64,000 bases of DNA from positions 128,001-192,000 of the forward strand of contig CAWGKG010000023.1 in assembly GCA_963823035.1 (NCBI GenBank), given 5' to 3'. The translations under genes and the position numbers were made by a program. Source of the DNA: an uncultured Gemmatimonadales bacterium (GTDB lineage Bacteria; Gemmatimonadota; Gemmatimonadetes; Longimicrobiales; Gaopeijiaceae). Shown here piece by piece: positions 42,315 to 53,941 of the stretch. How positions within the stretch are numbered: position 1 is the first letter of the stretch; each line of letters opens with the position of its first letter. The notes below the pieces were generated by a model that saw nothing but the letters and a program-made list of their open reading frames with translations, searched no databases and was not told the DNA's origin.

Positions 42315-44452
42315 ATGCCCCTTCGTCGCCTCGCCCTCCTGCTCACGGCCGCCGCGCTCGCGGCAGGCTGTTCGGACGAAGTCGCCCTTCCGGCGGTCAG
42401 CCCGGTGGACGGCCTGGCCTTCGCGCAGCTCCGGGACTTCCAGGCGTACCGCTCCTCGAGCGACAACCCCGACTCCACGAGCAACGACGACAGCGCGCGG
42501 CCGATCCCCGGCGAGACCACGGTGCTCGCCGACCTGGAGGGCCCCGGCGTCATCAGCCACATCTGGCTGACCGTGGCGGGCAACGAGTACGGCTGGCCCC
42601 GGCTGCTGCGGCTGCGGATCTACTACGACGGAAGCGACGTGCCCAGCGTGGACGCGCCGGTCGGCGACTTCTTCGCGGTGGGTCACGGGATGGAGCGGAC
42701 CGTGAACTCGCTCGTGATCCGCAACTCGTCGAGCGGCCGGTCGCGCAACTCCTACTGGCCGATGCCCTTCCGCAAGTCGGCCAGGGTGACGATCACGAAC
42801 GAAGGCACGCGCCGCCTCTACAACCTCTACTACCACGTGGACTGGCAGAAGCACGACAAGCTCCCGGCGAACACCGGCTACTTCCACGCCCGCTACCGGC
42901 AGGCGCTTCCGCCGCCCCAGGGCGACTGGTACGACTTCCTGCGCGTCCGTGGCCGTGGCTTCTACGTGGGCACCGTGCTCAACGCCCTTCAGGTCGCTCC
43001 GGGTTGGTTCGGGGAAGGCGACGACCTCTTCTACGTGGACGACGACCCCGTTCCGGTCATCATGGGCACCGGCACCGAGGACTACGCGAACGACGCGTGG
43101 AGCTTCCGCGTGGGTGAGGGGCCCTACGCCGGCGTGACCGTCGCCGACGGGACGGAGACCGGCGCGCGCATGACCGCCTACCGCTGGCACCTGAACGACC
43201 CGATTCCCTTCCGCACGTCGCTGCGCGCTTCGATCGAGCACGCCGGCTGGACCTTCGACGACGACGGCGCGGTGCGCTCCGCCTTCGAGGAGCGCCCCGA
43301 CTTCTTCAGCTCCGTGGCCTACTGGTACCAGGACGGCATCGCCACCGACCAGCCCGAACCGCCCTACGGCGCGGCGCGGCTCCCGCAGGGCAACGCCCTC
43401 CAGATCGAGATCGAGAAGTACGTCGACGATGCGCGGGCCACGGGGGGCAGGCTCGAGGTCCAGCCCGAGGTGTTCTGGGGGAAGGACCTCCTCTTCATGG
43501 ACGCGCGCGGGCCGGGGTCCCGCCTCGACGTCCCGCTCGACGTCCCCGAGGACGGGCGCTACGAGTTGATCGCGCAGATGGCACAGGCGCCCGACTACGG
43601 GATCTACTCCGTGTTGATCGACGGGGGCGGGCCGGGGTGTCCGGACAGGTCGAGCACGAGCCGGGCGCCAACGTCGGCGCGGGATTCACCCTGGACGGCT
43701 GGTTCACCGAGGTGTTCGTCGGGGAGGACCGCGTGCTCGCGTGGCCGACGCTCACCGCGGGGCGCCACACCGTGTCGTTCCTGTGCGTCGGCAAGAACGC
43801 GCAGTCCACCGGATACAACCTCGGCATCGACGGCCTGGTGCTCGCCCGTGTGGCGGGCTCGGGCGGCTTCGCGCCGAAGGACTCGGCGACGATGACCGAC
43901 CCCGCGGACCGGCTGCGCCGCCTCGGGAACCGGGGGCCGCGTGCGGCCGACGAGATGGACGCCGTCCTCGCAGGATTGCGCGACGCGACTCCGGACGTCC
44001 GCCGCGCCGCCGCGTGGGTCTTCACGCAGATGGGTGAAGCGGCTGCCCCCGCGACCGACGCGCTGGGGAGCGCGCTCGACGACGACGATCGCATCGTGCG
44101 CGGGCTCGCGGCCATCGCCCTCCGTCACGTGCGGGAGGTCGGCCCGGCGGAAGGTGACGCCCTCCTCGCCCACCTGCGCGACCAGGACGAGAACGTGCGC
44201 ATGGTGGTCGCGAACGCGATCGCCGCGCACCCCGACGTCGCGCGGCGCGGCATGGCCCAGCTCATCGCGGCCGCGCAGGTGCGGGGCGAGCACCGCCACG
44301 TGCTCCGCAGCGTCGCCACCGCCCTCGGCGCGATCGGCCCGGACGCCCGGGAGGCGATTCCCGCCCTGGAGGCACTGGCCGCGGAGCCGCTCATCCGCTG
44401 GCAGGCGGCCGCCGCGCTGCGTTCGATCCGGGGCGAGGACAGAGCACGGTAG
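42315..44452 (+). CDS. Lipoprotein: DUF2961 (GH172-like) domain, jelly-roll-like domain and HEAT repeats; frame break near 43635
   Basis: LAAGC lipobox; GPGVISHIWLT, NSYWPMPF, WFGEGD, GTGTEDY, YRWHLNDPIPF; VRRAAA/VRGLAA/ALGAIG repeats. Confidence 0.85.
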
Positions 44453-44632
44453 CGCGGCGGCGCCCGCCCGCTCCATCTTCCCTGCGTTCGGCGGACTGTC
44501 CACGCCGGGCCCCCATCCTTCGCTTCCATGGGAAGGACCCGGATCGTCGTGCCGGGCGTGCCGGGGCCGTGGTGTACTTCGGCACCCGCCGGACGACACG
44601 CCCCCCCGCCGAACCGGATCCGGGAGGCACCT

Positions 44633-47399
44633 ATGGAGCCGAGCACCTGGGAACGACTCGAATCCGTCTTCTTCGAGGCGCTCGCCCTCGATCCGGAGGA
44701 TCGGGGTGCGTTCATCGAGCGCGCCTGCGCCGGCGACGCCGCCCTGCGCGCGGAGGTGGAGGCGGTCCTGGCCTCCCATCTCGCCATGGAGGGAAGCGAG
44801 CCCGAAGAGGTGCCGACCGATCGCAAGGTCGGGTCCCGGGTCGGCGCCTACCGCCTCGAGGCGCTGATCGGACGGGGGGGGATGGGCGAGGTCTACCGCG
44901 CCCGCCGCGCCGACGATGTCTACGAGCAGGAAGTGGCCGTGAAGATCGTGCGCTCGGGGCTGCCGCCGGCCGAGATGGTGCGGCGCTTCCGCCTCGAGCG
45001 CCAGATCCTCGCGCGCCTCGAGCATCCCAACGTGGCGGCACTCCTGGACGGCGGCGTCACCGAGGAGGGCCAGCCGTATCTGGTGATGCAGTATCGTGCA
45101 CGGGGCGCCGATCACCGACTACGTGGACCTGCACCGCCTGCCCGTCGCGGACCGCCTCCGCCTCTTCGTCACCGCGTGCCGGGCCGTGCAGTTCGCGCAT
45201 GCGAACCTCGTCATCCACCGCGACATCAAGCCGTCGAACATCCTGGTCACCGACGACGGGCGCGTGCGGCTGCTGGACTTCGGCATCGCCAAGCTCATCG
45301 ATCCGGAGGGGACGGACGGCGCCCTTCCGACCGAGAGCCTCCTCCTGCTCACGCCCGAGCATGCCGCGCCCGAGCAGTTTCTCGGCACGCCGGTCACGAC
45401 CGCCACCGACGTCTACCAGCTCGGCGTGCTGCTCTACGAGCTGCTCACGGGCGAGCGCCCCTTCCGGGCCGGCTCCACCCTCGAGCTGCACCGCGCCATC
45501 TGCGAGCAGGAGCCCCCGCGGCCGAGCACCGTGCTCGGACGGTCTGCCGCGGCGGGGACCGAGGCGGACGACACCGTCGCCGTGGCCGACGCGGCGCGCG
45601 TGCGCGCCACCACGCCGTCCGGCCTGCGCCGGCAGCTCCGAGGCGACCTGGACCGCATCGTCCTCAAGGCGCTGCGCAAGGAGCCGGAGCGCCGGTACGG
45701 GTCGGCCGCCGAGCTCGCCGACGACATCGAGCGCCACCTCGAAGGCTACCCCGTCGAGGCCAGGCCGGAGAGCTTCGGGTACGTGGCCGGGCGCTTCGTG
45801 CGCGAGCGCCACCTCGAGGGCTACCCGGTCGAGGCCAGGCCGGAGAGCTTCGGGTACGTGGCCGGGCGCTTCGTGCGCAGGCACCGCCTGGCCGTCGCCG
45901 CCGGGGTGGCGCTGGCGGCCTCGATGGTCGCACTGGTGGTGACGTCGCTACGGTTCGCCTCGACGACGTCGAAGCAGGCCGAGGCCATCACCGCGGAGCG
46001 GGACGTGGCCGTGGAGGTCTCGACCTTCCTCGAGAACCTCTTCGAGGCGAGCGATCCCTTCGAAGGCGGACCCGAGCGGCGCGACACCCTCCGCATCCGC
46101 GACTTCTTCGACGAGGGCGTGCAGCGGGTGCGCACGGGGCTGCAGGGCCAGCCCCTGGTGCAAGCGCGGCTCTTCACGACCTTCGGGAAGGCGTACCGCA
46201 ACCTCGGCCGCTTCGACGAGGCACAGCCGCTGCTGGAGGACGCGGTCGCGATCCGGGTGCGCGATGCGGGCCCGAACTCGCCGGAGCTCGCGGAGAGCCG
46301 GACCGCCCTCGCGCAGCTCTTCGCCGCGAAGGGGGAGTACGACGAGGGCCGAGCCGCTCCTGGACTCGAGCGTGGCTGTCTTCGCCCGCGACTCGGCCAC
46401 CCACGCGCGCGCTCTGGCGGGCTCGATCGACGTCCTCGGGAACCTCTACCAGGACCAGGGCCGCTATCCCGAGGCGGAGGCGGCGTACCGGCGGTCGCTC
46501 GCGATCTCGGAGGCCGCCGGGCCGGATGACGGTACGCGCGCCCAGCATCTTTCGAACCTGGCCACGGCCTCGGCCGGCAGGCGAAGCTGGACGAGGCGGA
46601 GGCGCTCCTGCGCCAGGCGGTCGAGGCCGCGCGCGCGCGGTTCGGCAACGAGCACCCGACCACCGCGACCATGCTCAACAACCTCGGGAACGTGCTGGGC
46701 GACGAGAGGAAGCTCGACGAAGCCGAGGAGGCGCTGCGCGAGGCCCTCGCCATCCGGCGCGCGCGCTTCGAGCCGCCGCACCCGGACCTGGCGGTCTCGG
46801 TCAACAACCTCGGCGACCTCCTGCTGCAGAAGGGGGACGCCGCGGGCGCGGTAGCGCTCTTCCGGGAGAGCCTGGAGATGCGCAGGGCGCTGTACGGCGA
46901 ACGGCACCCCGCCGTCGCGATCGGGCTGATCAACGTCGCGACCGCCGTCGCGCGGCTCGACCCGGGCCGTCGGGACGAAGCCGTGCCCCTCTTCGAGGAG
47001 GCGCGTGCCATCCTGCTCGCCACGGTGGGTCCCGAACATCCGCTCGTGGGCGCCGTCGACAGCAACTTCGGACGGCTGGAGCACGACCTGGGCCACCACG
47101 AGCGAGCTCTCGAGTTGCTTCGCGACGGCCTCGCCGTGGACCGGAAGCGGTACGACGCGACCCACCCGCGCGTGCTGGGCGGGCTCAGCGACATCGGCCG
47201 CTGCCTCACCGACCTCGGCCGCTACCCGGAGGCCGAGGCGGCCCTCCTGGAGGCCTACGCGGGCCTGGAGCCGCAGCGCGACAACCAGCCACGCATCTGG
47301 GACGGCCTTCTCGTGCGCCTGGCGGCGCTGTACCGCGCCATGGGACGGGAGGAGGAGGCGAAGCGGTACGAAGCCATGCGCACACCCGGGGCGCCGTGA
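44633..47399 (+). CDS. Ser/Thr kinase with TM and TPR repeats (ECF-associated type); three frame breaks
   Basis: WERLESVFFEAL..R.AF..C.GD..LR.EV, IGRGGMG, HRDIKPSN, DFG, LRGDLDRI..KAL; HP..A..LNNLG repeats; GGGAGG RBS. Confidence 0.92.
45729..45878 (+). repeat. 75-bp in-frame tandem duplication
   Basis: ERHLEGYPVEARPESFGYVAGRFVR is encoded twice (45729-45803 and 45804-45878); the copies differ at two third-codon positions. Confidence 0.95.
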
Positions 47400-47514
47400 G
47401 CGCGCCGCCCCGACGGTCGGCGAAGGCGCATCGCCGCGTTCCGCTTGCGCTGGCCCGGAGTTTGCTGCATCCATCGCTACCCTCCCCCGGGTGTCGACCC
47501 ACTCGGAACCCCCG

Positions 47515-48108
47515 ATGTCTGACGACGGACTCACCGACTGGTTGACCCGCCTGCGCGACGGCGACGGCGACGCGCTCGATCGGCTCCTTCCCATCGTCTA
47601 CGACGAGTTGCGGTCGCTCGCGCGCGCCCAACTGCGGAACGAGAACCCCGGACACACGCTGGGCGCGACCGCGCTGGTGCACGAAGCCTATCTGCGGCTG
47701 TCCCGCCGCCACGAGATCGACCCCCACGACCGCGCCCACTTCTTCGCCATCGCGGCGCAGTCGATGCGCCGCGTCCTGATCGACCACGCGCGCATCCGCG
47801 GGGCCCAGAAGCGGGGCTCCGGCAAGGTCGCGCTCTCGCTCGAGCACGCAGGGGCCCTACTCGAGGACGACGGCTCCGAGGAGCTGCTCATCATCGACGA
47901 TGCCCTCGAGCGCCTCGCGCACGCGAATCCCCGCGCGGCGCAGGTGGTGGAGCGCCGCTTCTTCGCCGGGCTCACGCTCGACGAGACGGCGGAGACGCTC
48001 GGTGTCTCGAAGAAGACGGTGCAGCGCGACTGGATGCTGGCGCGCGCCTGGCTGCAGAAGGAGATCGGCCGCGGTTCCTCCGAGAGGGCACGCGCCGCCG
48101 GAGCCTGA
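47515..48108 (+). CDS. ECF-type sigma factor (TIGR02999-like)
   Basis: LLPIVYDELR.LA..GHTL.ATALVHEAYLRL..HFFAIAA..MRRVLIDHAR..RFFAGLT..TVQRDW..ARAWL. Confidence 0.93.
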   Translation: MSDDGLTDWLTRLRDGDGDALDRLLPIVYDELRSLARAQLRNENPGHTLGATALVHEAYLRLSRRHEIDPHDRAHFFAIAAQSMRRVLIDHARIRGAQKRGSGKVALSLEHAGALLEDDGSEELLIIDDALERLAHANPRAAQVVERRFFAGLTLDETAETLGVSKKTVQRDWMLARAWLQKEIGRGSSERARAAGA

Positions 48109-48206
48109 CGCCGGGCCCAACCCCACCCCCTCTTTGTCCACGTTCGTCAAGGTCTTTCGCCGTGGATTCCGTACGCGCGCGAACGACGAACGGACCAGGG
48201 GGGGCC

Positions 48207-49776
48207 ATGACGCGGATCGGCATCATCGGTGCAGGGCCGGGAGGCCTGATGACGGCCTACCTCATCGCCCGCCGCTACGGGGACGACTGCACGGCCACCG
48301 TCCTGGAGGCCTCTGCCCGCCCCGGCGGCAAGCTGATGACGCGCACCTTCGCCTCGGCCCCCGTATCCTACGAGGCGGGAGCGGCCGAGCTGTACGACTA
48401 CAGTGCCCTGGGCGACGATCCCTGCGCAGGCTCGTGGACGACCTCGGGGTCCGCACGCGACGCATGAACGGCAAGACCGTGCTCTTCGACGGTCACGTTC
48501 TGCGCGACGAGGCCGACATCGCCCGACACCTGGGCGAGGGCACCCTCGCCGCGATCCGAGGCTTCTACGATCGGGCCGCGGCCTCCCTCCCGATCGAGTG
48601 CTGGCATCCGGGGGACCGGCGGAACGACAACGCACACCCCTGGGCGGAGCGGACCTGCGAACGGCTGCTGGACACCGTGGCAGACCCGGTGGCGCGACGG
48701 TACCTGAAGGTCGTCGTCCATTCGGACCTCGCCACCGAACCGCACCTGACCACCGGCCTCAACGGGTTGAAGAACTTCGTGATGGACCTCCCGGGATACG
48801 TCGATCTGCACGCCGTGGAGGGCGGCATCACCCGACTCGCGGAGGCGCTCGTCGCCCACCTCCCGACCACCGAGATCCTCTGCGACGCGCGCGTGGCCGG
48901 CGTCGAGCGGTCCGGCGACGGGACGTGGCGGGTACGCTACTGGCGAGGAGGGGACATCCACGACCGTACGTTCGACGTGGTCGTGCTGGCGCTGCCCGCG
49001 AGCCAGCTCGACAGCATCGAATACTCCGGAACGGCCCTCCGCCGCGCGATGCGCGCCCACATCGCCCGCTTCGACCGTCCGGGACACTACCTGCGGGTGT
49101 CCATGCTCTTCCGATCACCCTTCTGGCATGAGGCGATCTCGGGGTCGTGGTTCATGGTCGACGCGTTCGGCGGTGCGTGCGTCTACGACGAGAGCGCCCG
49201 CTACGACGCCGGGGGGTAGGGGTGTTGGGGTGCCTCCTGGCGGGCAGCAATGCTCTGTCCATGGCGAGCGTCGACGAGGGCGCCCTCGTCCGCCACGTCC
49301 TGGATGCCCTTCCACCCACGCTGCGCCGCAGTGCCGTCGAGCGCTTCATGGAGGCGCGCGTGCATCGGTGGTGTCGCGGCGTGAGCCGCAGCGGCGGGCT
49401 CCCCCTGGCGACGCGAGACGCACCGCCCGGACTGGAGAGGCTGCCGGGCCTCCCGACCGTAGGGGCCTACCTCTTCGACTCGACGCTCAACGGCGTCTAC
49501 CAGTCCGCGGACGTCGCGACGTCCCTCCTGTCTGCGCACATGCTCGCCGGCACCGCCGTACGGGCGCGTGAGCGGCGCGTGGAGCCGGGCCGTCTAGCCC
49601 GGCCCGGGCGCCGCTACCGGGCGTGGAGGTCGTTGGCCGTTCTCGCCGCGTCCTGCAGGAGGCGCGCGCGCCCGGGGTCGAGGGGTAGGTCCTGGCCCGA
49701 TACGCGCACGCTCGGCGGAAGCGTCCGCGGGTCCGTTCCGGAGAGCTGCTCGAAGATCACCAGCGCGGCGAGGTAG
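48207..49776 (+). CDS. FAD-dependent oxidoreductase (amine oxidase-like); at least two frame breaks; true 3' end probably near 49570-49600
   Basis: IGIIGAGPGG..LEAS.RPGGK..YEAGA Rossmann motif; GGITRLAEAL; G.YLFDSTLNGV..SA. Confidence 0.8.
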
Positions 49777-50363
49777 GTCCCCTGCAGGCCGGGGTGGAAG
49801 CCGTCCGGTCCGTAGAGGGGCAGGTCGGGGTCGGACGCCCAGGCGACGCGCCAGGCCTCGCCCGCGGGGAAGAAGTAGCCGTCGACGTCCTCCGCGGCCG
49901 TGCGGTACGCGTCGAGCACGCCGTCGAAGTCGAAGTCGCGGTCGTTCGCCGGCCAGACCATGAAGAGCCCCGGTCGGCCGCCTCCGGCGCGGATACGCTC
50001 CGCGAAGAGCGCGCTGTACGCGAGGAGGGAGGGTCGGCCCTCCGTCGCCGACGGCCCCTGCTGGAGGATCACCACGTCCCACCCGCCCGCGTCGATGCGC
50101 TCCAGCGCGTCGCCGCCCGCCCAGTGGTCCTCGAGGCCCCACCCCGGATACGCGACCGACGCCACGTGGACGTCGTTCCGTCCGGAGGCCTCGAAGAGGC
50201 TGAGCACCATGCCCGGGAGGTCGTTCGTGTAGGTGAGGCTGTTGCCCACGAAGAGCACCGAGAACGTGTCGGCCGGGGGCCCGAGCGGGTCACCGCCGCA
50301 AGCCGCCAGGATGGGCAGGGTGGAGGCGAGAATCCCAGCCAGCAGGAGCGTCCGGGTGGCCAC
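49614..50363 (-). CDS. SGNH/GDSL-type hydrolase lipoprotein
   Basis: LAAC lipobox; VLFVGNSLT, WDVVILQQ, DGFHP. Confidence 0.85.
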   Translation of the reverse strand: MATRTLLLAGILASTLPILAACGGDPLGPPADTFSVLFVGNSLTYTNDLPGMVLSLFEASGRNDVHVASVAYPGWGLEDHWAGGDALERIDAGGWDVVILQQGPSATEGRPSLLAYSALFAERIRAGGGRPGLFMVWPANDRDFDFDGVLDAYRTAAEDVDGYFFPAGEAWRVAWASDPDLPLYGPDGFHPGLQGTYLAALVIFEQLSGTDPRTLPPSVRVSGQDLPLDPGRARLLQDAARTANDLHAR

Positions 50364-50494
50364 CCGGGCGTGTCTCGGCGTGAGGTCATGGAGCTTGCTC
50401 GCCTGTCATGCAATCCACTCGCAGGAGCCGTCGTACTGCCCATCATTCGTAGGCATCGAGCACGCATTGCACATCGAACCGTGACAGAGCCGGC

Positions 50495-51835
50495 ATGCGT
50501 TCATCCGTCCCCGTGGTCGTCCTCTTCCTGGTCGCCTCCCTCGCGGCGGGCCCGACCCGTGCCGCCGGGCAGCTCGCGGAGCGCGTCGAGGAGGGCCGGC
50601 GCCTCGAACAGGCCGCACGGGAGGCCGCCGAGCAGGGCTCCAACGCGGAGTACCTGAAGCTGATCCGGGAGGCCGTCTCGCTCAGGCCGCACCATCCGTA
50701 CCTCCTCTATCGGCTGGCCGACGCGCACGCCCTCGCGGGAGACGCCACGGCGGCGCTCGACGCGCTCACCCGTGTCGCGGAGATGGGCATCGCGGTGTCG
50801 CCGGGCGACGAGCCGGACTTCGCGGCCCTGGCCGGGGACGCGGGCTTCCGGGATCTGCTTCGCCGCTTCGAGCGGAACGCCGGTCCGATGGGCGACGGCG
50901 AGGTGGCCTTCCGGGTCGAAGAGGAGGCGTTCCTTCCGGAGGGCATCGCCTACGACCCGCGCGACGGCGCCTTCCTCCTCGCATCCGTGCACCGCAAGGC
51001 CGTGGCGCGCATCGTGGGCGACGCCCCGCCGCGCCTCCTCCCCGTCGACGACGTGCTCAGCCCGATGGGGATGGTCCTCGATCCAGCGCGCGGGATCCTG
51101 TGGGTGGCCGCGTCCGCCGTGGCGGAGGGGGCGGGAACGGACTCCACGCGCTTCGGCACGGCCGCCGTCCTCGCCCTCGATCCCGCCACGGGCGCGCGTA
51201 TCGGAACGTGGGCCGCCCCCGAGGACGGGAACCGCCACCTCTTCGGGGACCTCGCCCTCGCGGCGGACGGCTCCATCGTCGTCTCGGATTCGTGGGCTCC
51301 GGGCCTCTACCGCCTGGATCGCCCCGAAGGCGAGCTGCGGGCCGTGCCTCTCTCCGAACCGCTGCTCTCCCCGCAGGGCGTGACGTTCGCGGACGACGGG
51401 GCGACCGTCTTCCTCGCCGACTACGCCCTCGGCGTCCTGCACGTCGACCTCGCGAGCGGGGAGGTGGCGGCCCTCGACTACCCCGCGGACCGGACGCTCC
51501 TCGGCGTGGACGGCCTCTACCTCGCGCGCCCCGGTACGCTCGTCGCGGTACAGAACGGCGTCGCCCCGACCCGCGTCGTGCGTCTCCGACTGGGCCCGGG
51601 GGGGCGCGTCGTGGACGAGGTCACGACGCTGGAGGCGGGCCATCCCCTGCACGACGATCCGACCCTGGGCGTGGTCGTGGGCGACACGTTCTTCTACGTC
51701 GCGAACGGCCAGTGGTCGAAGTTCGCCGCCGACGCGGCCGGAGATACGTCCGTGGCCCCGCCCGTGGTCCTCGAGCTTCCCCTGGGGACGTCCTCCGGTG
51801 GCGGCCGTCTGTTCGGCGCGGGCGACGCGCGGTAG
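50495..51835 (+). CDS. Secreted TPR plus SMP-30/gluconolactonase-like beta-propeller protein
   Basis: Signal peptide; PEGIAYD, SPQGVTF, LLGVDGL, LVAVQNG, DDPTLG. Confidence 0.75.
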   Translation: MRSSVPVVVLFLVASLAAGPTRAAGQLAERVEEGRRLEQAAREAAEQGSNAEYLKLIREAVSLRPHHPYLLYRLADAHALAGDATAALDALTRVAEMGIAVSPGDEPDFAALAGDAGFRDLLRRFERNAGPMGDGEVAFRVEEEAFLPEGIAYDPRDGAFLLASVHRKAVARIVGDAPPRLLPVDDVLSPMGMVLDPARGILWVAASAVAEGAGTDSTRFGTAAVLALDPATGARIGTWAAPEDGNRHLFGDLALAADGSIVVSDSWAPGLYRLDRPEGELRAVPLSEPLLSPQGVTFADDGATVFLADYALGVLHVDLASGEVAALDYPADRTLLGVDGLYLARPGTLVAVQNGVAPTRVVRLRLGPGGRVVDEVTTLEAGHPLHDDPTLGVVVGDTFFYVANGQWSKFAADAAGDTSVAPPVVLELPLGTSSGGGRLFGAGDAR

Positions 51836-51878
51836 TCTTGCCCTCGACCCGAGCCACGCCCCCTCGACCCGTCAGGCC

Positions 51879-52659
51879 ATGAACCGTCTCCTCGCCTCCG
51901 TCGTACTCGCCTCCGCCCCCCTGACGGTCGCATGCGGCGGGGGCACGGAGCGCGCGGCCGCCCCCGAGATCACCAGCGGCGAGGACCTCGTACGCGCGAT
52001 GCACGACCGCTACCAGGACAGCTGGTACCGGACGCTGAGGTTCCGCCAGACCGTGGTGCGCACGGCGCCCGACGGCTCCCGCCTCCCGGACGCGGTCTGG
52101 CTCGAGCACCTCGAGATCCCGGCCATGCTGAGGATCGATCAGGCGACCGACTACGACGGCAACGGCGTCCTCTACGTGGGCGACAGCATCTTCGTCTTCC
52201 AGGAGGGCGGCGCTCGCGCGCCGGGCCGCCCAACGCAACGCGCTCCTCGTTCTCGGCTTCGACGTGTACCGGCAGCCGGTGGCGCGTACCATGTCCGTCC
52301 TCGCCGAGGAGGGCTTCGACCTCTCCGTGGTGCGCACCGACCGGTGGCAGGACCGCTCCGTCTACGTGGTCGGCGCCCCGGAGGGCGACCTGCACACGGC
52401 GCAGTTCTGGGTGGACGCCGAGCGCCTGGTGTTCGTGCGCCTCCTGCACCCCGCCGGTCCCGCGGGAGCAAGCACCCAGGACGTGCGCTTCGACGAGTAC
52501 CGTCCCCTCGCGGACACCTGGATCTCCCCGGTGGTCCGCTTCCTCGTGGACGACACGGAGGTCATGCGCGAGGAGTACTTCGACATCGAGGCCGACCCCA
52601 CCCTCCCCGAGGGCCTCTTCGACCCGGAGCGCTGGGCCGAAGCCGGAGGGCGGCGGTAG
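51879..52659 (+). CDS. Putative lipoprotein, LolA-like fold; frame break near 52215
   Basis: LTVAC lipobox; MHDRY..WYRTL.F.Q..W.E...P..LRID; QFWVD..LVFVR; L..GLFDP. Confidence 0.65.
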
Positions 52660-52744
52660 CCGGACCGCTTCCGCACGCAAGACTTCGGCGGGGGGTGCGT
52701 ATGTCGGCGTACATCCGTCCCATCCGCACGCTGCGAGGCCCTCC

Positions 52745-53941
52745 GTGACGCGATCGTGGTCCCTCCCCCGCCCCCTGGCCGCCGCGATCTCCCACGTCGG
52801 GCGAGCCGCCCGCGTCCGGCCCCGCGCGCCGACGCACGCCGCCCTCGGCGATCCCGGTGACCTGGACCTCCGCGCCGCAGGGTGGACCGCGGCGGCCTAT
52901 TGGGGCGTGGTCTTCACGGTCGACGTCCTCAACGACGGCCCCATCGCCGCGCTCTCGTCGGGCGCACGTCCCCTGTCGCGCGTGCTCTTCGACTCGGGCG
53001 TCTGGTGGTCGGCCTGGATCCTCGTGACCCCGGCGCTCCTCCTCCTCTTCCGGGCCCTTCCTCCCCGGCGGATGGGATGGCCGCGCTGGACCGTGTTGCA
53101 CCTCGTCTTCGGCGGGGTGCTGTGCGCGGCCCATGCATGGACGGCGGCATGGACGTTCCGCCGGCTGCAGGGGAGCAGCCTGGGCGCCTGGGATCTGGCG
53201 CTCTCGTTCCTCGCCCAGTTCACGGTCGGGGAGATCCTCACGTACTGGGGGCTGGTGAGCAGCGTCCACCTCGTGGCGGAGGTGCGCCGGGGGCGCGCCC
53301 GGGACGTGGAGCTCGCCGCGCTCCGGCAGCGCGCGGACCACCTGGAGGTACGGCACCGTCGGGCGCGGCTGACCGCGCTGCACCGGGAGCTCGACAGCCA
53401 CTTCGTGCTGAACGCGCTTCACGGCGTGGGTAGCCTGGTTCGCCTCGGCAGCGGACTGCGGGCCGTGACCGTCCTCGAACGCATCGGCACGCTGGTCCGG
53501 TCGAGCTCCGAGACGGCGGAGCGCCCCGAGGTACCCCTCGCGCGGGAACTGGAGATCCTGCAGCTGTACCTCGGCATCGAGGAGGCGCGCCGCGAGGACG
53601 GTGTGACCGTACGGTACGACGTCGACGAGCGGGTGCGGGAGGCGGCCGTGCCCCCCTTCCTCCTCCAACCCCTCGTGGAGAACGCGCTGCGACACGGAAG
53701 AGGGCCCGGCGCCGCTCGCCTGGCCATCCGCGGTCGCCGCGTCGGCGCTCGCCTGCGGATCGAGGTCCAGGACCACGGTGGCCCACCGCGCGGGCCGTTG
53801 CGCGAAGGGACCGGCCTCTCCACGACGAGGGCACGCCTGCACCTCCTGCATGGGCCGGACGCGGAGTTGGCCCTCTTCGGCACGGGCGACGGGATGACGG
53901 CCGAGGTGACGCTCCCCTTCCACCCCGGAGGCGAGGAGTGA
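52745..53941 (+). CDS. LytS-type membrane sensor histidine kinase
   Basis: TM segments; ELDSHFVLNAL H-box, YLGIE..R, LLQPLVENALRHG, GTGL; start approximate. Confidence 0.87.
   Translation: MTRSWSLPRPLAAAISHVGRAARVRPRAPTHAALGDPGDLDLRAAGWTAAAYWGVVFTVDVLNDGPIAALSSGARPLSRVLFDSGVWWSAWILVTPALLLLFRALPPRRMGWPRWTVLHLVFGGVLCAAHAWTAAWTFRRLQGSSLGAWDLALSFLAQFTVGEILTYWGLVSSVHLVAEVRRGRARDVELAALRQRADHLEVRHRRARLTALHRELDSHFVLNALHGVGSLVRLGSGLRAVTVLERIGTLVRSSSETAERPEVPLARELEILQLYLGIEEARREDGVTVRYDVDERVREAAVPPFLLQPLVENALRHGRGPGAARLAIRGRRVGARLRIEVQDHGGPPRGPLREGTGLSTTRARLHLLHGPDAELALFGTGDGMTAEVTLPFHPGGEE

Noticed and set aside
51841..51871. 11-bp direct repeat CCCTCGACCCG twice at 20-bp spacing
   Set aside because: Only two short GC-rich copies; too weak to call a binding site or target-site duplication.
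852..52659. About 16 genes with frame breaks read as pseudogenes or a decaying T6SS
   Set aside because: The breaks are scattered evenly over unrelated genes, often near G/C runs, with motifs intact on both sides. This pattern fits long-read indel error. Read polishing would settle it.
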